Positions 1 through 5,187 of a stretch of 5,195 bases of DNA are shown here, piece after piece (within the stretch, counting starts at the first letter, position 1; every line of letters begins with the position of its first letter). The notes under the pieces were generated by a model. That model was not told where the DNA came from and ran no database searches. It saw only the letters and a list, made by a program, of their open reading frames with translations. This stretch comes from Halalkalibacterium halodurans. Its GTDB lineage: Bacteria > Bacillota > Bacilli > Bacillales > Bacillaceae_D. The DNA is taken from NCBI RefSeq assembly GCF_004376175.1, contig NZ_SNUY01000009.1:84903-90097 (forward strand). The letters are read 5' to 3'. The position numbers and the translations under genes were made by a program.

Positions 1-76
1 CTAACTTTTTAGCTATTTGCCTTTGCGACAGTCCTTCTACCTCTTTCATAAATTTGATATTATAAAATTGAGCCAT
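1..76 (-). CDS. 5' end (25 codons) of a helix-turn-helix protein, transposase-like or regulator-like; continues beyond the left window edge
   Basis: ATG at 76..74 on the minus strand, preceded by AAAGGA (90..85) with 8-nt spacing. Translation is MAQFYNIKFMKEVEGLSQRQIAKKL. The segment GLSQRQIAKKL looks like the start of an HTH of the kind found at the N-termini of IS21/IS3/IS630-type transposases and small regulators. A possible TTGATA(127..122)-N16-GATAAG promoter lies upstream. The fragment is too short to classify. Confidence 0.4.
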   Translation of the reverse strand, partial: MAQFYNIKFMKEVEGLSQRQIAKKL

Positions 77-187
77 GTTGATCATCCTTTTCTACCTCTC
101 TTATCTTGATTGTTTGGTCACTATCAATAATAAGAGAGAGTTATGAATTATTGGAAATCATGTGGCTCATTTTTTATGTAATCGAAC

Positions 188-543
188 CTATGAGAAGTGG
201 CTCAATTTTAGATTATCAAATACAACATTCCCTAATCCATCGGCTAAAAGGAGCGGTAAAGCAAGACAAATAAATTCAGGTAGGTCCTCGATCAAACCGA
301 TTCCCAATACGTATTTTAAATACCAGCTTTTAATTGAGGTGTTGAACGTCTCCAGTTGCTTCCGTCTTGCAAGGAAAGATTCCTTGAATTTCCCACTGCT
401 TCCCAAGGAGTACCTGATGACAGCTTCAGATGCTTTTTCGATCAGATACACTTAGACATCCAAACTCATCGCTTTCTATATAACGCAAGTTACACACTCT
501 AACGGTCGAGCCTTTCTTTCATTGCTGTGTCCAGTCTTTCTTC
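188..543 (-). pseudogene. Decayed ORF remnant of unknown family (protein-like 87-aa open stretch plus upstream continuation broken by in-frame stops)
   Basis: The minus-strand frame reads ..RKTGHSNERKARPLECVTCVI*KAMSLDV*VYLIEKASEAVIRYSLGSSGKFKESFLARRKQLETFNTSIKSWYLKYVLGIGLIEDLPEFICLALPLLLADGLGNVVFDNLKLSHFS*. The track 'start' at 451 is a GTG directly after a TAA (454..452), and I see no SD. The composition is protein-like, unlike the overlapping plus ORF. I could not recognise the family. Confidence 0.3.
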
Positions 544-667
544 AATTGCTGTCGTGTTTCGTTAGAATACCTTTTAAATATTTTTAAATTTATGAGTTTG
601 TCATAATGATAAAAATCAATATCAGTATAGCGTTTTCCTGAAATGGAAGATAAAACAATAGAAAATA

Positions 668-696
668 GTTACATTATTGATTGATTATGTTATAAT
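668..696 (+). promoter_or_regulatory. Sigma-A-type promoter with extended -10 for the 730-2094 gene
   Basis: GTTACA (668-673) as -35, a 17-nt spacer, TG at 688-689, then a perfect TATAAT (691-696), giving TGtTATAAT. It lies 33 nt upstream of the ATG, with AGGAGG (717-722) in between. Confidence 0.5.
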
Positions 697-729
697 GACC
701 TCAACTAAATATTTTTAGGAGGCTTTGAT

Positions 730-2094
730 ATGAATTTAACAAAAAAACTTATAGCTGTTTTAACATTGGCTGTACTATTCTTCACATTTTTAGATAGCCC
801 TTTTGCTGAGGCTAATAGTGAGCCGATAATTGAATCTAAGGAAACTGATAATTCCATCGAATTGTGGTGGAACTTAGAGGGTGATTTCTTCGAAATTTAT
901 AGAGATCAAGAATTAATTTGGAGTGGAACAGAAACTTACTTTAAAGACACAAACTTGGAATCTGACTACCTATATAGTTATAGAATAGGTTCCTACAATA
1001 AAAATAATGAACTAATCGATATAAGTAATCTCAAAACCAAAACATCTAATAGTGAAGTAAAAAATTTTTCTACTAATTCTACTAATAATGGAGAAGAAAT
1101 TAGCACAAAATTAACTTCTAATGTTGGTCTCGATTATGTAAGACTTGAGTGGGGACATTTAGAAACTAAGGACGGTTTATATAATATTTATAGGGACGAA
1201 GAACTAATCGGGTCCACAAAAGATTTAACATACCTTGATGAAAATGTTGAACCCGGTAAATACTACACTTATAAAATAGAAGCAAAAAAAGAAATTTCTA
1301 AACAAGAAAAAGAGGAGATTAATTCGTATATTAAAGAAAATAATTTAAAACTATCAAAAGAAGATAAAGAAGAATTGTTTTTAAAACCGCATGTCCTAAT
1401 TCGTACTGTTGAAACAAATAAAGAAATCACTCAATCAGAACTTAAATCAAAAGATTTACCCTCTCCTTTAATTATAAATGAAGAAGATCTTTTAAAAGCA
1501 ACTAGTTCGACCTCAATAAACAGTATAAAATATAGTTTATTATTCAGATATACTACATTCATACCTCAAAAGACAGTGAAAAATATACATCCACTCGACT
1601 TAGGTACATATCTTGGTGGGGATAATAGAAGTTGGGGATTTTTCAATAATAGATACAGAACTAGATCAGATGTATATGCTGGTTGGGCTGGAGGAACAAG
1701 TGAATTGAGGCAAGTTCGATCTGTCGGGGAATCTATCTTATACGCTGATGAAGCAGGTACACAAATAATTAAACGAGACAGAGCATCAACATCCGGTATA
1801 AGGCTTACTAGAGATCAAGTATCAAGTAGTAGAATTATGTGGAGAGTTAATCATAGCGTAGGGGTACCGTTCCGAGCAAGTTATCCAAATATAGCCTATT
1901 ACTACGAAGGCACATTATACAGTAACTATAGTATCTCATTACGTGGCTCTCACGATAGGGCACCTAATCATGAATTTGCATTTGCATTGGCTTACACAGA
2001 AGATACACCAATCAGAATCTTTAATTATACTGGTGGAAGTTTTTTTAACTTAGCTCCCGGAGCACCCCAAACATATTTCGAATTTTCAATGTAA
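730..2094 (+). CDS. Secreted protein: Sec signal peptide + 2 fibronectin-type-III-like repeats + Lys/Glu-rich linker + uncharacterised C-terminal domain of about 190 aa
   Basis: AGGAGG at 717-722 sits 7 nt before the ATG at 730. The N-terminus MNLTKKLIAVLTLAVLFFTFLDSPFAEA/NS has a KK n-region, a hydrophobic core and an AXA cleavage site, with no lipobox Cys. Two repeats share the pattern LxW..(Y/F)xIYRDxELIxS.T..Y..D.N(L/V)E....Y.YxI (aa ~33-104 and ~126-187), which is typical of bacterial Fn3 modules. The gene is followed by a hairpin/T-run terminator. No LPXTG or other anchor motif is present. Confidence 0.9.
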   Translation: MNLTKKLIAVLTLAVLFFTFLDSPFAEANSEPIIESKETDNSIELWWNLEGDFFEIYRDQELIWSGTETYFKDTNLESDYLYSYRIGSYNKNNELIDISNLKTKTSNSEVKNFSTNSTNNGEEISTKLTSNVGLDYVRLEWGHLETKDGLYNIYRDEELIGSTKDLTYLDENVEPGKYYTYKIEAKKEISKQEKEEINSYIKENNLKLSKEDKEELFLKPHVLIRTVETNKEITQSELKSKDLPSPLIINEEDLLKATSSTSINSIKYSLLFRYTTFIPQKTVKNIHPLDLGTYLGGDNRSWGFFNNRYRTRSDVYAGWAGGTSELRQVRSVGESILYADEAGTQIIKRDRASTSGIRLTRDQVSSSRIMWRVNHSVGVPFRASYPNIAYYYEGTLYSNYSISLRGSHDRAPNHEFAFALAYTEDTPIRIFNYTGGSFFNLAPGAPQTYFEFSM

Positions 2095-2136
2095 GAAAAA
2101 CTGAGTGAGGATTTAAATGAATCCTTCAAATGAGAA

Positions 2137-2166
2137 GCCCCACTTTTTTCAAAAAGGGTGGGGTTT
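2137..2166. terminator. GC-rich hairpin between the convergent genes; possible terminator for the minus-strand membrane-protein gene, or a weak bidirectional one
   Basis: GCCCCAC(T6)C(A5)GGGTGGGGT: CCCCAC (2138-2143) pairs with GTGGGG (2158-2163), extended by T/A pairs. On the minus strand it is followed by CTTCTCATTTG, and on the plus strand by TTTCTC. Both U-tracts are imperfect. Confidence 0.4.
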
Positions 2167-2178
2167 CTCAACAATCTG

Positions 2179-2200
2179 AGGACCTGCCAGGTCCTTTTTT
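2179..2200 (+). terminator. Rho-independent terminator of the 730-2094 gene
   Basis: AGGACCT (2179-2185), loop GCC, AGGTCCT (2189-2195), running directly into a T-run (2195-2200) and then CTT. There is no U-tract on the opposite strand, so it is plus-strand specific. Confidence 0.7.
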
Positions 2201-2201
2201 C

Positions 2202-2543
2202 TTATACAATAACCCATAATATATAATTAATCACAAAAGCTAACAAAGACATTATAAAAATAGTTATGATTTGTAATTTCAAAAAAAGTTTCAGGTGACT
2301 TTTATTACTTTCATTACTAATTTTTTTGGAAACCTTTAAATTAACCTTTAATAAAATAAATGAGAATAAGAAACCTAAAAATAAGGGAAACAGTATAATT
2401 TTTGCTAAGGGAAAAAGTTCAGTGAAAAAATATAATGGAACACCATACCATAACCAAAATGTGATTATTAAAAGCACTAAAATAATTAAATACAAGAAAA
2501 AATTCTTCTGAATATCTTTCAAAAAATACACAAACCAAGTCAT
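2202..2543 (-). CDS. Small integral membrane protein (113 aa from ATG 2543; 116 aa if from ATG 2552), three predicted TM helices, unknown function
   Basis: GAAAGGA (2559..2553) is 9 nt upstream of the ATG at 2543..2541 but abuts the track start at 2552, so I prefer 2543. There are three hydrophobic stretches of 21-24 aa (FFLYLIILVLLIITFWLWYGV, LFPLAKIILFPLFLGFLFSFILL, LQIITIFIMSLLAFVINYILWVIV). A Lys-rich loop (KVNLKVSKKISNESNKSHLKLFLK) lies between TM2 and TM3, consistent with the positive-inside rule. I recognise no homology, and an AT-rich context can generate spurious hydrophobic ORFs. Confidence 0.55.
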   Translation of the reverse strand: MTWFVYFLKDIQKNFFLYLIILVLLIITFWLWYGVPLYFFTELFPLAKIILFPLFLGFLFSFILLKVNLKVSKKISNESNKSHLKLFLKLQIITIFIMSLLAFVINYILWVIV

Positions 2544-2573
2544 TAATACCATTCCTTTCAGTTGCCAAACTAT

Positions 2574-2752
2574 TTAACCATCATTTACATAGTTCTTAAA
2601 TCCAATAATGTCCACTAGGATACCGTTTTGACATTTCAAAACGTGGCCTTTATTCCCTAAAATAATTCCTGCCCCTTTGACTGAATACTTAGATGATTCT
2701 CTAATGATATTAATTCATCTTCAATTGGACACGCTCCTAATTTGAATTCCTA
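2574..2752 (-). pseudogene. Possible frameshifted small ORF or gene remnant upstream of the membrane-protein gene
   Basis: Two adjacent minus-strand frames are open. Frame A (2749..2660) reads EFKLGACPIEDELISLENHLSIQSKGQELF*. Frame B (2714..2577) reads INIIRESSKYSVKGAGIILGNKGHVLKCQNGILVDIIGFKNYVNDG*. They can be joined by adding 1 nt in the GGGG run (CCCC at 2672-2675 on the plus strand) to give ..SIQSKGAGIILGNKGHV... Neither frame has a canonical ATG/GTG/TTG start. AGGAG (2738..2734) is 8 nt upstream of an ATT in frame A. Confidence 0.25.
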
Positions 2753-2774
2753 CAAGAGTATTAACCTTTATATC

Positions 2775-2782
2775 ATTATACA
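2775..2782 (-). promoter_or_regulatory. Extended -10 element (TGTATAAT) facing the small ORF/membrane-protein genes
   Basis: The minus strand reads TGTATAAT (plus ATTATACA at 2775-2782). No convincing -35 lies at 16-18 nt, because that position now falls inside the IS21 terminus. Confidence 0.3.
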
Positions 2783-2788
2783 AAAAAC

Positions 2789-2793
2789 CTAAA
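2789..2793. repeat. Candidate target-site duplication (CTAAA), left copy
   Basis: CTAAA at 2789-2793 lies one base from the TGCA terminus at 2795. An identical CTAAA directly abuts the other terminus at 5188-5192. Confidence 0.5.
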
Positions 2794-2794
2794 T

Positions 2795-2862
2795 TGCATA
2801 CTGTATTTTGCAAGCAAAAAGTTTAGAAGAATGCAATGAAAAGTTTAGAACTTTGCCAGCCC
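2795..2862. repeat. IS21 terminal inverted-repeat region, istB-proximal end, with an internal 20-bp direct repeat
   Basis: TTGCCAGCCC (2853-2862) is the exact reverse complement of GGGCTGGCAA (5115-5124). TGCAAGCAAAAAGTTTAGAA (2809-2828) and TGCAATGAAAAGTTTAGAA (2832-2850) are direct repeats. Their inverted counterpart is TTCTAACATTTTGGTTGCA (5146-5164). Confidence 0.7.
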
Positions 2863-2877
2863 TTACTTTCTTTCTAA

Positions 2878-3600
2878 TTAGCGATTCGATAATGCATGTT
2901 TCACACGGTAACTATCGCCAGTAAAACTTAAAATATGTGCGTGATGTATCACTCGATCCACCAAGGCAGCGGTGAGCCGTGCATCCACAAATATTTTATT
3001 CCACTGACTAAATTCTAAATTGGACGTAATAATAAGGCTTTTCTGTTCATACCAATCGGAAATCAATTGAAATAATAACTCAGCTCCATCCTTACTAAAT
3101 GGCACGTATCCCATCTCATCAAGAATGATCATATCGACTTTATTGAATCGGTTACGTAATAGTTGATATCGGCCTTCTGCCCAGGACTTTTCCAAAAGGT
3201 CTATTAAATCAGCTACCCGGTAGAAACGGACCTCATATCCGTTTCTACAAGCCTTACGACCCAATGCTGTTGCCAAATGGGATTTCCCAGTTCCTGGCGC
3301 TCCGGATAGAATGACATTCTCTTTTCTCTTGATAAATGAAAGGGACTCCAGACCATCTCTGTCGAGATTTGTTGGGAAATGAATATGTTCGCCCCAACGA
3401 TAATCATCTAGTTCCTTTTCATTCATGAATTTTGCCTTTTTAATTAGGCGTTCTCCTTTTGCTATTTCCCTTAACTCTATTTCTTGTTGTAGTAAATCTA
3501 TCAAGTATTGTTCTGGATTCTCGAAAGGAACCTTCTCGTACATGTCGGCTACATATGCTAAACGAAGCAATTTACATTTCTCTCTAATCGCATCAGTCAT
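2878..3600 (-). CDS. istB: IS21-family helper ATPase IstB (240 aa from ATG 3600)
   Basis: Walker A is LSGAPGTGKSHLATALG and Walker B is MIILDEMGY, with IstB-like size and position. AGGAGGG (3615..3609) is 8 nt upstream of the ATG at 3600..3598. The track start at 3639 has no SD and would overlap istA by 47 nt. Confidence 0.9.
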   Translation of the reverse strand: MTDAIREKCKLLRLAYVADMYEKVPFENPEQYLIDLLQQEIELREIAKGERLIKKAKFMNEKELDDYRWGEHIHFPTNLDRDGLESLSFIKRKENVILSGAPGTGKSHLATALGRKACRNGYEVRFYRVADLIDLLEKSWAEGRYQLLRNRFNKVDMIILDEMGYVPFSKDGAELLFQLISDWYEQKSLIITSNLEFSQWNKIFVDARLTAALVDRVIHHAHILSFTGDSYRVKHALSNR

Positions 3601-5056
3601 GATATACACCCTCCTTAACGGTAGGCTGGAGGGAGTCATAAATACTCCAATTTACATCATAAGGATGGTTCGTAGAATCATCCAGACTCGCATCAAACTG
3701 TTTTTCTTCTGGTAGTAACTCATAGAAGCGTTCGTCTATTTCTTGCATATCATGATTTACAATTAAGCTTAGTAACCACTCTACACGTTCTTTTCTTAAT
3801 TTCATTGATTCAATGTTTAAGTAATAAGAAATTCTGCCGGGCAGGTAGGGGAAATACCGAGAATATACAATGGATCGTGGCTTCTGTTTCCAATTTTTTA
3901 AGATGGATTGCCACGGAATTTCCCTTGTTTGATTCATATACCGTCTAGGTCCTTTGGAGAGCACTTCACCGTTGCGGGTGACGACTTTATAGTGATCCCA
4001 ATATAAAATCAAATGCAGTTTACCGTAATGGTAACTTGTAGGCACATGGACCAGCACTCCATCAACCTTTACTTCACCATATTTATTAGCGGTTACCATT
4101 GATTGCTTAAATACCGGATACTCGGACTCAGGTAAAGCTAGTCCATAATTCTTTTCCTCTTCAAACAGATCTGCAATTAAGATATCCTTCTTATAATGGA
4201 GGCGTTGTTGATCCCTTTTACTCTGGTCAAATAACAAAGCACGTAAGTGTGTTAAATCTTTGATCACAGGAGAAGGAGTGAAAAAGTTATAACGTACATA
4301 TCCCACTTTGTTTTCGACATGTCCTTTTTCATTTCCTTTTCTTGCATTACAGGCTTGCGGCTCAAATCCATAATGGCTGGCAAAGCGAAGAAACTCTTCA
4401 TTGAAAACAGTTTCTTCCCCACGCCCCCTTGCCTTTACTACTGCTGCTGAAAGGTTATCTAACCGAAGTTTCCTTGGAACGAATCCCGATTGTTTAAAGA
4501 GTATTTTAAGACCTTCTAAAAAGCACTCCTGGTTTTCTGCAGGCAGAGGAACGGTAAAACCTGCGTTACTATATGGAAAACTCATCACTAGTGCATGGAT
4601 GTCCTTTGCTTGTCCATCTTCAATTGCCTCGGTAATGCCAAAATCTATTTGGGCTTCGGCGGGAGGATGGGTTAGCCTTTCATATTCCTCTTTCAATTCA
4701 TCCGATTCATCTAATACTTTTTCTTTCCATTCTTCTTTAATGAAGTTACAAACGGTTCGATAAGAACCGGTAAACCCTAATTTCTGTAACCCTTCAAATA
4801 TATTTTTATTGTTTCTTCTCGATTTCTTTTTGAGGGCATAATCTTCAACGAGCCAGTCAATTACAATTTCTCCCCACTTTTCTTCATACATCATGCCTTT
4901 TTTCTCAAGAATCTTTTCTGTAGGTAATTGATCATCATCCGCATATTTTTTAACTGTTACCCAACTAAAACCAGTACGTTTGGAGATTTCATTGATCGAT
5001 AGGGATTTTATATTCCTTAACTTTTTGATATGATTGATTTCAGGCATTGCTAGCAT
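3593..5056 (-). CDS. istA: IS21-family transposase IstA (487 aa)
   Basis: The N-terminal HTH is KSLSINEISKRTGFSWVTVKKY. The DDE core has IS21-type motifs: AEAQIDFG, LRLDNLSAAV and NARKGNEKGHVENKVGYVRYNF. GGGAGG (5070..5065) is 8 nt upstream of the ATG at 5056..5054. Confidence 0.93.
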   Translation of the reverse strand: MLAMPEINHIKKLRNIKSLSINEISKRTGFSWVTVKKYADDDQLPTEKILEKKGMMYEEKWGEIVIDWLVEDYALKKKSRRNNKNIFEGLQKLGFTGSYRTVCNFIKEEWKEKVLDESDELKEEYERLTHPPAEAQIDFGITEAIEDGQAKDIHALVMSFPYSNAGFTVPLPAENQECFLEGLKILFKQSGFVPRKLRLDNLSAAVVKARGRGEETVFNEEFLRFASHYGFEPQACNARKGNEKGHVENKVGYVRYNFFTPSPVIKDLTHLRALLFDQSKRDQQRLHYKKDILIADLFEEEKNYGLALPESEYPVFKQSMVTANKYGEVKVDGVLVHVPTSYHYGKLHLILYWDHYKVVTRNGEVLSKGPRRYMNQTREIPWQSILKNWKQKPRSIVYSRYFPYLPGRISYYLNIESMKLRKERVEWLLSLIVNHDMQEIDERFYELLPEEKQFDASLDDSTNHPYDVNWSIYDSLQPTVKEGVYHD

Positions 5057-5114
5057 CCTTTCATCCTCCCACCATTAGTTGATTAGACACCAATAACGGT
5101 AGGGTATTTTGAGA

Positions 5115-5187
5115 GGGCTGGCAAGCCTTTTCTATTTGTGCAACCTTCTAACATTTTGGTTGCAATACTCTTAACTTTTATTTTGCA
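5115..5187. repeat. IS21 terminal inverted-repeat region, istA-proximal end
   Basis: GGGCTGGCAA (5115-5124), GTGCAA (5138-5143), TTCTAACATTTTGGTTGCAA (5146-5165) and the terminal TTTTGCA (5181-5187) mirror motifs at 2795-2862. The spacing between the terminal TGCA and the first TTGCAA differs between the ends (22 vs 13 nt). Confidence 0.7.

Larger units (their letters stand above)
2795..5187 (-). mobile_element. Complete IS21-family insertion sequence (~2393 bp), istA-istB on the minus strand
   Basis: It has the two-gene istA (HTH + DDE) / istB (AAA+ ATPase) organisation with an overlapping stop/start. The termini begin TGCA.. on each strand (2795 and 5187). The inverted-repeat regions are long, about 70 bp, and contain reiterated TGCAA-N2-3-AAAAGTTTAGAA-like motifs. 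They are flanked by CTAAA direct repeats. The element is visibly more GC-rich than the flanking DNA. The left boundary is uncertain by 1 nt (2794/2795). Confidence 0.85.

Noticed and set aside
77-190. Possibility that the left edge is a second copy of the same IS21 element
   Set aside because: The region upstream of the 1-76 gene shares none of the TGCAA/AAAAGTTTAGAA/GGGCTGGCAA motifs present at 5057-5187. Its N-terminal peptide also differs from IstA (MAQFYNIK.. vs MLAMPEIN..). If it is a transposase, it belongs to a different element.
162-455. 97-aa plus-strand ORF on the track
   Set aside because: It has no SD upstream of its ATG and a Ser/Arg/Cys-rich, non-protein-like composition. It is almost exactly antisense to the more protein-like minus-strand remnant, so it is most likely a shadow ORF.
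599-607. Second extended -10-like element TGTCATAAT upstream of the secreted-protein gene
   Set aside because: It has no plausible -35 and is embedded in a generally A/T-rich tract where such matches are frequent. The downstream TGtTATAAT promoter is a better fit. It cannot be excluded as a secondary promoter.
643-684. 13-codon mini-ORF (MEDKTIENSYIID*) in the leader/promoter region of the secreted-protein gene
   Set aside because: It has no SD and overlaps the predicted -35 of the promoter, so it would mostly not be on the mRNA. It is indistinguishable from chance in AT-rich DNA.
1786-1794. Ser-Thr-Ser motif (RASTSGIRL), preceded by Arg-rich YRTRSD, resembling the R / STS elements of ADP-ribosyltransferase toxins
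   Set aside because: No downstream ExE/QxE catalytic motif exists in the remaining ~100 residues. A tripeptide match alone is expected by chance.
2326-2511. 61-aa plus-strand ORF (Lys/Asn-rich, TTG start)
   Set aside because: It is an antisense shadow of the Phe/Leu-rich membrane-protein ORF (AAA/TTT complementarity). It has no SD, a non-ATG start and a low-complexity sequence.
3213-3407. 64-aa minus-strand ORF inside istB
   Set aside because: It lies in an alternative frame wholly inside a confidently identified IstB coding region. It has no start signals and no recognisable motifs.
3601-3639. N-terminal 13-codon extension of istB (track start at 3639)
   Set aside because: It has no SD and would overlap istA by 47 nt. 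The internal ATG at 3600 has AGGAGGG at ideal spacing and gives the classic ATGA-type coupled overlap.
3425-3715. 96-aa plus-strand ORF antisense to the istA/istB junction
   Set aside because: It is antisense to two well-supported genes, has no SD and its composition is typical of a shadow frame.
4401-4763. 120-aa plus-strand ORF antisense to istA
   Set aside because: It lies entirely within and antisense to the DDE core of IstA. It is Ser-rich, has no ribosome-binding site and has no motif support.
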